DNA from: an uncultured virus (IMG/VR IMGVR_UViG_3300046685_000084)
Lineage: Duplodnaviria > Heunggongvirae > Uroviricota > Caudoviricetes
Virus record (IMG/VR): IMGVR_UViG_3300046685_000084
Direction: 5' to 3' (one strand)
DNA length: 64,000 bases
Under the pieces are notes generated by a model. It saw only the letters and a list, made by a program, of their open reading frames with translations. It did not search any database and had not been told where the DNA came from. Below, piece after piece: positions 1 to 10,281 of the stretch (positions are counted from its first letter, which is position 1; the number at the start of each line of letters is the position of its first letter). Both the position numbers and the translations under genes were made by a program.

Positions 1-359
1 AAAAAGACCCAAAATTAAAAGTGCCAAAGGCATGGGGTGAGGAAATAGTGATGCATAATGACGATGGTTATTGCGGAAAGCTGTTGCGTTTTAGAAAGGG
101 TGGAAAGTTCAGTATGCATTTTCATTCGGTGAAAACAGAAACATGGTATGTTAATTATGGTAAATTTATACTAACGTTTATCGATACTAAAAATGCCGAT
201 TCTCATAAAACCACGTTAATGAATGGTGATATTGTACATGTTGAACGCAATACTCCGCATCAACTTGAAGCACTTGAGGAAGGTGAGATATTCGAAGTAA
301 GTACTCCGCATATGGAAGAAGACAGTTATAGAATTGAAAAGGGAGATAGTCAAAAATAA
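1..359 (+). CDS. Cupin-fold protein (sugar isomerase-like), probably 5'-truncated by the window
   Basis: PKAWG, SMHFH..K.ETWYV and PHQLEA..FEVST cupin motifs; frame is open upstream of the GTG at 21. Confidence 0.7.
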   Translation, partial: KDPKLKVPKAWGEEIVMHNDDGYCGKLLRFRKGGKFSMHFHSVKTETWYVNYGKFILTFIDTKNADSHKTTLMNGDIVHVERNTPHQLEALEEGEIFEVSTPHMEEDSYRIEKGDSQK

Positions 360-1051
360 TGGAAATCAAAACAATATATAATTATGTTACAACCAATGTA
401 TTAAATAATAAAAAATATGTTGGGATGCATTCTGCAATTAATATAAATAATAGTTATTTGGGTAGTGGTGTTTTATTAAAAAGGGCAATAAAGAAATACG
501 GAAAAGAGATTTTTAAAAAAGAAGTGCTTTGTGTTTGTGAAAGTAAAGAAATTGCACATGAAAATGAAAAGAAATATATTGAACACTATAACAGTATTCA
601 ACCAAACGGGTATAACATACATCCAAATGGTGGTCTTGGTTTAAATGATTATCATACTCAGGAATCTATTGAAAAAATGAGTATAAATAGAAGTGGTAAA
701 CCTGCGTGGAATATAGGAATAAAACATACTGAGGCAGCAATTGCTAATATGATAGCGGGAAAAGCAAAGTATAAAGGAAAACCCGGACATAAACATACTG
801 AGGAAGAAAAAAGAAATGTTGGAATTGCTAATTCAAAAAGAATAATAACCAACAAAACAAGAGAAAAAAGAAGAAAGAATATGTTGGGTAGAAAAGCATC
901 CGAAGTAACTAAAGAAAATATGAGTAAATCGCATATTGGGTTAAATACATGGTCAAAAGGTAGAAAACTAACCGAAGAGCAGCGAATACATCAAAATGAA
1001 ATGCGAAAAACAAACAAATTAAAAAAATTACAAAATGCTGATATACTGTGA
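359..1051 (+). CDS. GIY-YIG homing endonuclease with NUMOD3-like repeats
   Basis: YNYVTTN...KKYVGMH, YLGSG and NGYN motifs, then repeated HTEE..KMS/GRK basic motifs. Confidence 0.85.
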   Translation: MEIKTIYNYVTTNVLNNKKYVGMHSAININNSYLGSGVLLKRAIKKYGKEIFKKEVLCVCESKEIAHENEKKYIEHYNSIQPNGYNIHPNGGLGLNDYHTQESIEKMSINRSGKPAWNIGIKHTEAAIANMIAGKAKYKGKPGHKHTEEEKRNVGIANSKRIITNKTREKRRKNMLGRKASEVTKENMSKSHIGLNTWSKGRKLTEEQRIHQNEMRKTNKLKKLQNADIL

Positions 1052-1322
1052 CATAGACGGTACAATCTGTCATACCGAAGGCGGGTATGATAATGCCAAG
1101 CCAGATTATAGGGCAATTGCCAAAATCAATAAACTTTATGATGAAGGCAATATAATTATTTATTGGTCAGCCAGGGGACAAAACACTGGAATAAATTGGA
1201 CTGAATTAACTGCATTTCAACTTATTGAGTGGGGTTGTAAATTTCATGACGTGATTATGAGACAAAAACCCGCTTATGATTTACTTATTGATGATAAAAG
1301 TAAAAGAATTGAAGAATTATGA
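1035..1322 (+). CDS. Small HAD-superfamily phosphatase
   Basis: CDIDGT motif I, WSARG motif II, KP..D..IDDK motifs III/IV. Confidence 0.8.
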   Translation: MLIYCDIDGTICHTEGGYDNAKPDYRAIAKINKLYDEGNIIIYWSARGQNTGINWTELTAFQLIEWGCKFHDVIMRQKPAYDLLIDDKSKRIEEL

Positions 1323-2443
1323 ATATCTGGACAAATGGATGTTTTGACATCTTACATACGGGACACATTGAATTATTGAATTATGCTAAAAATTATCAGC
1401 CGGGTGATGTTTCACCAGTTATAGGACCAACGAATTTGCTGTATGTCGGACTTGATACTGATGAACGAGTTAAGAGGTTAAAGGGAGATAAACGACCAAT
1501 CAATGACATTAACACAAGGTTAACAATAATGCGAAATTTGAGGATGGTTGATGGAGTATTTATATTTGATACTGATAACGACCTTAGAAATTTGATAAAG
1601 TATTTGTTAATTGACTATATGATTGTCGGTGACCAATACAAAGATAAAGAAGTAATTGGTAATGAAAATTCAAAGTACGGTGTGGTTTATTATCCTGTAG
1701 ACATGAGGTCAACAACAAATATTATTGAGAAAATAAAGAATTTAGATAAGGAAAATATTATTAATTTGGTATGTTTTGATATTGAATATAATAATGAAAC
1801 CATTAAAATGGAAGCGTATCCCTATGATATAATGACCAATAAGATGATGTTTAATGAGTATTTTCCTAAAGCAAGATTTTATGAATTGGAAGTATTGGAA
1901 TATATTAGTGCCAGGTATAAAGGTGGCGTGGCATTAGATATTGGTGCTAATATTGGAAACCATTCAATCTTTTTTTCAAAATTTATATTTGATAAAACAT
2001 ATTCATTCGAAGCCGATGTGAGAAATTTTACATTATTATCTGAAAATAAGGTGAGGAATAATATTGGTGACGATAAACTAATTATTCATAATGTTGCATT
2101 GTCCGATGGTAATTACAAATATAATCTTCAAGAATTTGAAAGTAATATGGGTGGAACTAAGGTGATTGAAGGTAGCGGTGAGCCAACAACGCAAAAATTA
2201 GACGAATTTGAATTACCAAAAGTTGATTTTATAAAAATTGATGTCGAAGGTCACGAATTAAAAGTATTAAAGGGTGCTGTCAATTTAATTAATCGAGACT
2301 TTCCGGACATTGCAATGGAATGTCTTAGAGATGGCATGTATCCAGATTGTCACTTAGTAGATTCGTATATGGAACAATTAAATTATCGATTGACTGAGAG
2401 TTTTTTTGATTATGGTATTTATTTTTATAAACATAAACAGTAA
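1319..2443 (+). CDS. Fusion of HldE/RfaE-II-like sugar-phosphate nucleotidyltransferase and FkbM-family methyltransferase
   Basis: N-term NGCFDILHTGH, KG..RPIN, STTNII; C-term LDIGANIGNHS and IKIDVEGHE. Confidence 0.8.
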   Translation: MNIWTNGCFDILHTGHIELLNYAKNYQPGDVSPVIGPTNLLYVGLDTDERVKRLKGDKRPINDINTRLTIMRNLRMVDGVFIFDTDNDLRNLIKYLLIDYMIVGDQYKDKEVIGNENSKYGVVYYPVDMRSTTNIIEKIKNLDKENIINLVCFDIEYNNETIKMEAYPYDIMTNKMMFNEYFPKARFYELEVLEYISARYKGGVALDIGANIGNHSIFFSKFIFDKTYSFEADVRNFTLLSENKVRNNIGDDKLIIHNVALSDGNYKYNLQEFESNMGGTKVIEGSGEPTTQKLDEFELPKVDFIKIDVEGHELKVLKGAVNLINRDFPDIAMECLRDGMYPDCHLVDSYMEQLNYRLTESFFDYGIYFYKHKQ

Positions 2444-2447
2444 AATT

Positions 2448-3362
2448 ATGATAGTAATAACAGGTGGTGGGGGTTTTATTGGCAAGAATCTTGCTTACGA
2501 GTTAATAAAACGTGGCTATATGGGTATTATGATTCTCGATACAAAAAATGAGGATTTGGATTCAATATATTCTTGGCTTGTAACGCATGCATCAGAAATT
2601 AGTGTTATATTTCATCTTGGTGCAATTACTGATACCACAATAATGGATAGAAATCTTTTTGATGAATATAATGTAAATGCTTCGGTGTTTATATGGAATT
2701 TGTGTTGTACACAAGGCATTCCACTAATTTATGCTTCAAGTGCAGCTACTTATGGTGATGGTAATGAAGGGTTTGATGACGAAAAATCAATTCATAATTT
2801 AAAACCATTGAATCCATATGGTGAATCAAAACAGCAATTTGATTTATTTGCATTAGGACAAGAAAAAAAGGATTCACCACCAAATTGGTACGGATTAAAA
2901 TTTTTTAATGTGTATGGTTACGGAGAAGCAAATAAAGGCAAAATGGCATCAACCATATTACAATTTTATAATCAAGTAACTACAGATAATTTTGTACGTT
3001 TATTTAAGTCGCATCGCAGTGATTATAATGACGGTGAACAATTGAGAGATTTTATTTATATTGATGATATTCTTGATGTCTGTATATTTATGGCAGAAGA
3101 AAAACCACTTTCAGGTATTTATAATGTTGGAACAGGGAAAGCACGTACTTTTAATGATGTTGCGAAAGCAGTTTTTAAAAGTCTTGAAACTTCCGGAAAT
3201 ATTCTTTATATTGATACCCCGATTAAAATAAGAGACAAGTATCAGTATTTTACTGAGGCAAAAATACAGAAATTGAGGATGGCAGGTTATAAAAAGCCGT
3301 TTCATGAGTTAGAAGAAGGTGTTTTGAAGTACGTAAATAAACTAAAATATGAAATTAGGTAA
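2448..3362 (+). CDS. hldD: ADP-L-glycero-D-manno-heptose 6-epimerase
   Basis: ITGGGGFIG, YASSAATYG, PLNPYGESK, FNVYG, RDFIYIDD, YQYFTEA; start placed at ATG 2448. Confidence 0.85.
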   Translation: MIVITGGGGFIGKNLAYELIKRGYMGIMILDTKNEDLDSIYSWLVTHASEISVIFHLGAITDTTIMDRNLFDEYNVNASVFIWNLCCTQGIPLIYASSAATYGDGNEGFDDEKSIHNLKPLNPYGESKQQFDLFALGQEKKDSPPNWYGLKFFNVYGYGEANKGKMASTILQFYNQVTTDNFVRLFKSHRSDYNDGEQLRDFIYIDDILDVCIFMAEEKPLSGIYNVGTGKARTFNDVAKAVFKSLETSGNILYIDTPIKIRDKYQYFTEAKIQKLRMAGYKKPFHELEEGVLKYVNKLKYEIR

Positions 3363-3996
3363 CATCATTTATGAAAAGGAATTGGTAAATCACACACGGG
3401 TTGATTACATTAACTATTACGACAAACCCACTGAATACCATACACTTGATAAGACTTTGCCAACATTATATGTTGGTTGGTCGTTCATGAAACTCTGCAA
3501 TCCCAATTATGACATTATTCAGAATGCCGATATTCTGCATAAAAAAATAATTACTAACGAACTTTATTGGGAATGCAGCTTTGAAGAAAGTAAATCTTCA
3601 CATGTGAGAGGCATAGAAAGTTTTATAAATGCCGTTCCGCAGTTTTATTTTGGACCAAAATATACCTTTATTAATTTAGACCCAGTATTCTTTCAAATCG
3701 TTGATGTTCAGGGTTTAATGGATGCAGTTCCAAAGGAAATCAATTCAATGTATATTTTCAAAAATGAAATGATTTATCTTTATTGTGAACAGAATCAAAT
3801 GTTTAAGATTATTGCAATTAATCTGAAAATGTACGATTATTTTCAAATGAATACTAAAGAAATCATCAAAAATTTACGTGAAAGAACATCCAAATGTTTT
3901 GATGACCCAGAGGGCAGTATCTATCAGTCTTACTATAAAATCCTACCAAATTTTGCTCTACTTAAAAGATATCTAATTACGATATTGTCAAATTGA
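3349..3996 (+). CDS. Hypothetical protein
   Basis: 215-aa ORF overlapping hldD stop. Confidence 0.6.
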   Translation: MKLGNIIYEKELVNHTRVDYINYYDKPTEYHTLDKTLPTLYVGWSFMKLCNPNYDIIQNADILHKKIITNELYWECSFEESKSSHVRGIESFINAVPQFYFGPKYTFINLDPVFFQIVDVQGLMDAVPKEINSMYIFKNEMIYLYCEQNQMFKIIAINLKMYDYFQMNTKEIIKNLRERTSKCFDDPEGSIYQSYYKILPNFALLKRYLITILSN

Positions 3997-4034
3997 ATAT
4001 AACATAGTATTTATATGAAATAATTATAAGTACT

Positions 4035-4238
4035 ATGGAAAATAAAGTAGAAAAAGCACTTGATAATTTTGTTGAAACTCCCTTAACGGAAGAAGAAATT
4101 GCGTTAGCAGAAATTGCAAAGGCAAAGAATGCAAACGTCAAAAAAGTCGTTCTTGATGAAAGAGAAGGCTTGATTGAACGTCTTGACCATATCTATGTTA
4201 CTAAGGACGGCAAACAATTATTAAGAGAACAATATTAA
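4035..4238 (+). CDS. Hypothetical protein
   Basis: 67-aa ORF downstream of a GTATTTATA motif. Confidence 0.55.
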   Translation: MENKVEKALDNFVETPLTEEEIALAEIAKAKNANVKKVVLDEREGLIERLDHIYVTKDGKQLLREQY

Positions 4239-4251
4239 TAATATTCATTAG

Positions 4252-5094
4252 ATGAAAAATGAAAAGAAGAATAAACTTTTTGAGGAAGGACTTAGAAAGT
4301 TTAAATATCGTGTTGGCTATAAAGTAAACGAATCGCCAAGATATCGTCCTTTGGTAGGTGCTAATGAGCAATTTGACAATCTTCCTACAGAAGTTTATAA
4401 TACGGAAGATGGTCAACCTGTGCCAGCAGGTGCAAATTTTCAGAACGAAGCTGGTGACCAAGAAGATGCACCTAAACCAGGCGGTGGAGCAGTGCCCCCA
4501 GCACCTTCTAATGACCAACCATTGGGTATGGCAGGCGAACCACCTGCAGGTAATGTAGGTGCTCCGGGTGCACTTCCAGAACCACCCGCAGGTCCACCCG
4601 CAGAAACTCCCCCTCCGGGAACAGATGCTCCGACAGCAGGTGGCGGTACAATGCCAGAACCACCAGCAGACCCAAATGGTATGGGTGTAGACCCTATGGG
4701 TATGGGCGGTCCCGAAGCAGGTGAACAAGTCGATGATATTCAGAATGATATAATTAAACATAATATTGAAGCAATGAAAAGCATTCATGACCAATTAGAA
4801 GGTCTTAATGCAACCGTACAGGGATTAAATGCCAAATTGGAAACTCTTAATGCTGACGTTGAAGAGGTTCGTGAACCAACTAATACTGAGAAACTTATGA
4901 GCAAAAAAAATGTAAGTTATCCGTATTATTTTAACTTAAATGATTTTTGGTCGGGTAACTGGTTCAGTCAGAAACGTGAAGCAGAACATGAAAAAGGTGT
5001 AAGAGAATTACCTGATGGTACGTTCATTGCGGATTTTGATGATTTACCACAACAGTCCAAGACTGATGTGCAAAATAGTTTTAATGAATATTAA
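4252..5094 (+). CDS. Pro/Gly-rich hypothetical protein with coiled coil
   Basis: 280-aa ORF with low-complexity PG centre and heptad-like segment. Confidence 0.6.
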   Translation: MKNEKKNKLFEEGLRKFKYRVGYKVNESPRYRPLVGANEQFDNLPTEVYNTEDGQPVPAGANFQNEAGDQEDAPKPGGGAVPPAPSNDQPLGMAGEPPAGNVGAPGALPEPPAGPPAETPPPGTDAPTAGGGTMPEPPADPNGMGVDPMGMGGPEAGEQVDDIQNDIIKHNIEAMKSIHDQLEGLNATVQGLNAKLETLNADVEEVREPTNTEKLMSKKNVSYPYYFNLNDFWSGNWFSQKREAEHEKGVRELPDGTFIADFDDLPQQSKTDVQNSFNEY

Positions 5095-5096
5095 TA

Positions 5097-5546
5097 GTGA
5101 GGGTATTTCATGCATACGGTAGTCCGCAAAGACTCTTTGAAATGTTGAAAAGAGTTAATAATCTTAATGAACAAATTCTTCCAAAAGAGAAGAAAGAAGA
5201 GGTTATTAACAAATTTGTTGCCTTTGTGCAGAAGAAACTCGATATATCTGATGACCAGATGCCAAAGATTGCAATATCGTATGATGAAAAAGAAGCACCG
5301 GGTATGAAATCTTTTGGTAAATATACACCAGAGACAAACGAATTAAGGGTAGTTGCAATAAATAGAAACTTAGCTGATGTTCTGAGAACACTGGCACATG
5401 AATTAAAACATAATGAACAAAGAATAAAAGGAATACTAAAGCCAAATTCTACTGAAACAGGTAGTAATGTGGAAAACGAAGCAAATGCGTTTGCTGGAAT
5501 AGCGATGAGAGAATTTGGTCAAGCAAATCCAATAATTTTTGAGTAA
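5097..5546 (+). CDS. Zincin-like metallopeptidase domain protein
   Basis: TLAHELKH (HExxH) followed by ENEANA. Confidence 0.65.
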   Translation: MRVFHAYGSPQRLFEMLKRVNNLNEQILPKEKKEEVINKFVAFVQKKLDISDDQMPKIAISYDEKEAPGMKSFGKYTPETNELRVVAINRNLADVLRTLAHELKHNEQRIKGILKPNSTETGSNVENEANAFAGIAMREFGQANPIIFE

Positions 5547-5560
5547 AAAAGAATGAAAAT

Positions 5561-8500
5561 ATGAGAATATATAAGCCAGTTGGTAGCAAAAGTAGACTTG
5601 TTGAAATATTTCAAAATGTCAATAAAGTAAAACTAAACGAAGATTTGGGTTTTGGTCCTGTAGATGGCAAAACGGCATTAGCAAAAGGTTTTCAAGCCTT
5701 AAGAAGCGGTCAATTATCAATTCAAGGTGGCGGTGGTAATAATACCACAGTACAGATGACTGACGACAACAGCACAGTTCAAATTGTTGGTGTTGATAGC
5801 AATAAAAATGAATACACGTTTGTTTTCAAATTAACTTTCACTGATGGCGACCAAGAAGGTGTTTACGATGTTCAAAGTGTTCAAATACAGAATTTTAAAT
5901 ATGTTGGTTCTAATGGTGGTCAGACACTTGAATTAGATGAAAGCGATTTACAAAATTTTAATAGTCAATATACTAACGAATTGTTTGATATTGTTGATAA
6001 ATATATTGATGTAAAAGGACCTCAACAACCAAGTGCTGAAGAACTTCAAGAAGCAATTAGAATAATTGATTCAATTCCATTTGGTAAGAATAGTTTTGAT
6101 AGAATGCAAACTGGTAAGAATTATGCCGATAAAAAACCAACTAATGATTCTGTACGAGTAGAATCACCTGAACTTGATAAGTTTGTTAAAGAAGACCTTA
6201 ATGCTTTATTTCATAATCCCGGTAGTGCAGGTGCAGGACCATTATATCCACAAGCAAAAGAATTGGGTGTAACTAATCAATATATTCTTAGGGATGCATT
6301 AAAAGAAGCAGGCATTGAATTACTGGACATTATACCATCAGAAGCAAAAGAAACCTTTTGGCTGATATTTAAAATCAACGGTAAAAAATATAAGGGATTG
6401 ATTAGAAGAAATTATGGTAATGCTGCAAAGGTTGTCGGTGGAATAAAGAAAAGATTAGAGGGTGGTGTAGAAAATCTAACACCCGTGAATGAACTTGATA
6501 AACCCGCACAAAGGTTAATAATTCCACCATCAGCAGGTCCACTTAATGTTAAAGAAAACGAATTTGGCGATGAAACTGATGATAGCGGTTATGGCTTGGG
6601 TTCAGATGTTGATACTCTTGAACCCGAAAATCCTGAAGGGGAAGAACAGCCAGAAAAACCAGAGGAAGTGCCAACAATTGATGATGAATTACCTGTTGAT
6701 AATGAACCTACTCCCGAAGTATCGGATGAGAAGAAGGCAAAAATATATCAAGCATATGATGCAATTGTAGCAAGACAAAGAAATCCCAATTATTCTCCAA
6801 CCACTACAGAAATAATGGCAGAACTTGATAAAATGGCAGGAATATCTAAGCCAAGAAATACAAGAGCAGTTTCTAAAGTTGCAGAACCCTTTTTAGCCGA
6901 AGAAAAAGAAAAGAAACCTAAAGAATGGGATAGTGAAGATAGCTATTCTCCGTTTAAGCAATTAGGTACAAAATTTAAACCAAAATCACAATCTTTATAT
7001 CCAAAGAAAAAGAAAAAACCTCAAACTTCAGTAAAAATAGCAGAAAGTACTGACAGAGACAAATATGAAGATGTAGTTTTCTTACAGGGTGATGAAGCAT
7101 TTGAACCACTTGAAAGACTTGACAGAGAAGGTCCTGATGCAGCTTTAGAGTATCTTAAACAATGGCACTATCCTGGCGAACATCAAGGTTCACAAGAATT
7201 AAGTCATGGTAGTGAAGATAAAACTTATGAAAAGGATGACTATATAATGACATGGAATTCACGTCTTGGTTATATTGGTTTACAGTATGATATGTCAAAG
7301 TCGAATGAACCATCAGACCCTGAAACTGGACATGGAGATTATTTGAAAAATTCTGGTCAAATGAAATCATTTGACATTAAAGAAGAAGTATATGGCGATG
7401 AAGATATTTCCGGCTTACCAGAAGTTCCAAGCGGATACGGGGAAAAGGGCGTTGCTCAAAGAGATATGGCAAAACAACACGTTAATATTGTTAAACCCGT
7501 AGAACGACCAGTAGAAGAACCTGCCGAAGTTGCAGAAGAAGAAAAGCCAGAACAAAGCCAAGTTGAAAAAGATAATCCAGACTTATATCCAGAGGGTTGG
7601 AAAGAAATGGATGGTATGTTTATGAATCCAGATTCACCAATGCGTAAAATGATGTCTGCTCCTGAAGATAAACAGGATGGTAGCACATCAGAACCTTCAA
7701 CGGGTAGTATGGAAGAGTTACCGAAGGATGACGGTATGTCTGCAGAGCCAGAAACTGATAATATCAACCAACTTGCACAAGATAAAGAACAGCAAGGTGA
7801 ATTAATTCCTGGCGGTAAAGGTGAAGGAAAATCACCAATGGAATTCAGTCAAGAGCAAATACTAATGGGATTGAAAGTCGAAATGGAGCATAGTGATGAC
7901 CCAATGTATGCTTTGGAAATCACTTTGGACCACCTTACAGAAGACCCAGAGTATTATACAACAAAAGATACACCCGAAGATTCAGCACAGGCAAATGCAA
8001 GCGCAGATGCTAATGGTGATGATAAAGAAACTACGGATATGTTATTGGGTTTCAAACCTCATAATGTTGGCGATGAAATTGAAGGTGAAGAAGAACTTGA
8101 AGAACCACAAAGTGATATTGCAAATACACCCGAACCTTCTGCAGAAGACCAACCATCAGTAACAGATGACCCAGAATTACCAAAGAAAGAAGATGAACTT
8201 GGCGAAATTTATCAGCCGGGAGAAGAGCCACAAGCACATGAAGTAGGTAAAAATCCTGGTCAAACACAAGCATTTGGTAAAAAGCCAAACAATAATGCAT
8301 TTCAATATGGTCAAAATAAAGCACATGAAGAACCAAATTGGGAACAAAACGAATCTGCTGAAAGCGAATTAAAACAAAGAGACCCTGCAACATGGCATCA
8401 AATTCAGATTGCAAGAAAAACATTGAAAATGCCAGATGCGATGGTAGGTGTAATGGGTGGAATGAGTAAAGAAGAAGCACAAAAAATACTTGCACAACAT

Positions 8501-8650
8501 GGTATTAAAGAAAGTTTAAGTTCTTCTAAACCCATTATTACTGAAGCACAAATTCGTACTGCTAAAAAGACACTAAGTAACTCGAATGTTCCAACAGGAA
8601 TGAGTAAAAAAGAAGCCGTACAGATTCTTGTTAAGCATCTGATTAAATAA
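5561..8650 (+). CDS. Large acidic multi-module protein with a DUF5661-like segment; putative head-internal protein
   Basis: 1029 aa, very acidic; GLKVEMEH..D...A.EI.LDHL.EDP.YY segment; C-terminal duplication QI..A.KTL...GMSK.EA..IL..H.IK. Confidence 0.55.
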   Translation: MRIYKPVGSKSRLVEIFQNVNKVKLNEDLGFGPVDGKTALAKGFQALRSGQLSIQGGGGNNTTVQMTDDNSTVQIVGVDSNKNEYTFVFKLTFTDGDQEGVYDVQSVQIQNFKYVGSNGGQTLELDESDLQNFNSQYTNELFDIVDKYIDVKGPQQPSAEELQEAIRIIDSIPFGKNSFDRMQTGKNYADKKPTNDSVRVESPELDKFVKEDLNALFHNPGSAGAGPLYPQAKELGVTNQYILRDALKEAGIELLDIIPSEAKETFWLIFKINGKKYKGLIRRNYGNAAKVVGGIKKRLEGGVENLTPVNELDKPAQRLIIPPSAGPLNVKENEFGDETDDSGYGLGSDVDTLEPENPEGEEQPEKPEEVPTIDDELPVDNEPTPEVSDEKKAKIYQAYDAIVARQRNPNYSPTTTEIMAELDKMAGISKPRNTRAVSKVAEPFLAEEKEKKPKEWDSEDSYSPFKQLGTKFKPKSQSLYPKKKKKPQTSVKIAESTDRDKYEDVVFLQGDEAFEPLERLDREGPDAALEYLKQWHYPGEHQGSQELSHGSEDKTYEKDDYIMTWNSRLGYIGLQYDMSKSNEPSDPETGHGDYLKNSGQMKSFDIKEEVYGDEDISGLPEVPSGYGEKGVAQRDMAKQHVNIVKPVERPVEEPAEVAEEEKPEQSQVEKDNPDLYPEGWKEMDGMFMNPDSPMRKMMSAPEDKQDGSTSEPSTGSMEELPKDDGMSAEPETDNINQLAQDKEQQGELIPGGKGEGKSPMEFSQEQILMGLKVEMEHSDDPMYALEITLDHLTEDPEYYTTKDTPEDSAQANASADANGDDKETTDMLLGFKPHNVGDEIEGEEELEEPQSDIANTPEPSAEDQPSVTDDPELPKKEDELGEIYQPGEEPQAHEVGKNPGQTQAFGKKPNNNAFQYGQNKAHEEPNWEQNESAESELKQRDPATWHQIQIARKTLKMPDAMVGVMGGMSKEEAQKILAQHGIKESLSSSKPIITEAQIRTAKKTLSNSNVPTGMSKKEAVQILVKHLIK

Positions 8651-8670
8651 AATGAAATAATTCCAACAAT

Positions 8671-8697
8671 AAAAGACTACCAAGTGTAGTCTTTTTT
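8671..8697 (+). terminator. Rho-independent terminator
   Basis: AAAAGACTAC-caagt-GTAGTCTTTT plus T tract. Confidence 0.75.
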
Positions 8698-8727
8698 GTT
8701 TATGCGGTATTTATATAGAAAAGCAAT

Positions 8728-10161
8728 ATGTCAATATATAGGTCATATTTTTCTAAGAATAACACGTTAATCGAAGCTAACCTTACGAATAATTCACAGA
8801 ATCCCGTAATGGAGATATCTTATGGTACTTTTAATGCAGAGGTAAGCAGATTTATTTTTGATGTCGATTTACAGGGGTTGCGTGATAGAATTGCACAAGG
8901 TTTAATTAATCCGCAGAGAATAGTTAAGCATGTTCTGCATATGACTAATACTATCAGATATGCGCCACAGTTTATTGGTAAAAAATCATATAGTGTTGTT
9001 ATCGAAAGAGCAACAGCCTTTAGTTTGGACCTTTTCAATATAAACCAAGATTGGCAAGAAGGTAGCGGATATGATTTCACGTATTCAAATAAACAAGATT
9101 TATATACTTTACAACCACTCCCAGAAATTCCCGAACAGGCATCGAATTGGACTGCAAGAACAACAGCAAGTGGTTGGACAGTTGCAGGCGCATATATTAG
9201 CGGTACATCTCAAATAATTGGCTCACAAACATTTGAAGTTGGTAATGAAAATATGGAAATTGACATTACCGATTATATTAATCAAAGACTCTTTGGCACA
9301 GGATATACGGGAACATCGGCATATAATGGCAGTTCATTTGGTCTTGGCATTAAATTTCCTGATGATATTGAAGCACTTGAAACTGAATATCGTAATTCAG
9401 TGGCATTTCATGCAAAACATACAAATACTTTTTACGACCCATTCATTGAAACTGTGATTGACGACCAAATAGTTGATGATAGAAATTATTTCTATTTGGA
9501 TAAAGATAATGATTTGTACTTATACGTAAATATTGGTAATTTTCCTCAGAATATCGTAGTAAATAAAGTTGATATTTATGATTGGGAAGATAATCTTGTT
9601 CAGACACTTACAGGTAATTCGATTCAAAATGTTTCAAGAGGCGTATATAAAATTACGGTAAATGTAGATTCACAAACTTTTCCCGATGCAGTATTATTCA
9701 GGGATGTGTGGTCAGTAACTATTAATAGTAGAACCACTGAATTTGAGGGCGAATTTTATTTGATTTCACAAGATAAGTACTATACGTTTAATCTTAATAA
9801 TGAAATTGATTTCAGAAATTATTTCTTTTATTTCTGGGGCATTAATGAAAAGGAGAACATCAGAGCAGGAAATATCAGAAAAGTTCGCTTAACAATAAAA
9901 GAATTGTATTCAAATCAGAATAATTTTTTACCTTTGGATATAGAATATCGACTTTATACGACTGTTGGTGCTAAATATGAGATAGATATCATACCATACA
10001 CTGCAGTAAACAGAACATCAAATGGTTATGAATTTGATTTGGACACATCATGGTTAATTCCGCAAGATTATTATTTGCAGATACGATTAAAAAATGGTAA
10101 CTACTATGAAAATAAGCAAACGTTGTCATTTACAGTCGTTAATGATGGTATTATTTATTAA
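8728..10161 (+). CDS. Putative virion structural protein
   Basis: 477-aa beta-rich, aromatic-rich ORF behind a GTATTTATA motif. Confidence 0.45.
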   Translation: MSIYRSYFSKNNTLIEANLTNNSQNPVMEISYGTFNAEVSRFIFDVDLQGLRDRIAQGLINPQRIVKHVLHMTNTIRYAPQFIGKKSYSVVIERATAFSLDLFNINQDWQEGSGYDFTYSNKQDLYTLQPLPEIPEQASNWTARTTASGWTVAGAYISGTSQIIGSQTFEVGNENMEIDITDYINQRLFGTGYTGTSAYNGSSFGLGIKFPDDIEALETEYRNSVAFHAKHTNTFYDPFIETVIDDQIVDDRNYFYLDKDNDLYLYVNIGNFPQNIVVNKVDIYDWEDNLVQTLTGNSIQNVSRGVYKITVNVDSQTFPDAVLFRDVWSVTINSRTTEFEGEFYLISQDKYYTFNLNNEIDFRNYFFYFWGINEKENIRAGNIRKVRLTIKELYSNQNNFLPLDIEYRLYTTVGAKYEIDIIPYTAVNRTSNGYEFDLDTSWLIPQDYYLQIRLKNGNYYENKQTLSFTVVNDGIIY

Positions 10162-10197
10162 AAAAGTTCTGAAAATCAAGTATATTTTTAAAAACTC

Positions 10198-10228
10198 TTG
10201 TATTTATAGGAAATGTAGGCTATATTTG
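10198..10228 (+). promoter_or_regulatory. Bacteroidota-type promoter (TTG...TATATTTG) overlapping a GTATTTATA motif
   Basis: TAnnTTTG at 10221-10228 upstream of the SSB gene. Confidence 0.55.
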
Positions 10229-10281
10229 TAGCACAATTATATATTGTAAAAATAACTTTAACTGTAATTTTTTAAAAACAA

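Noticed and set aside
4201..4794. Long minus-strand ORFs (also 27838..28377, 48263..48742, 11564..12031)
   Set aside because: Antisense shadows of well-supported + strand genes
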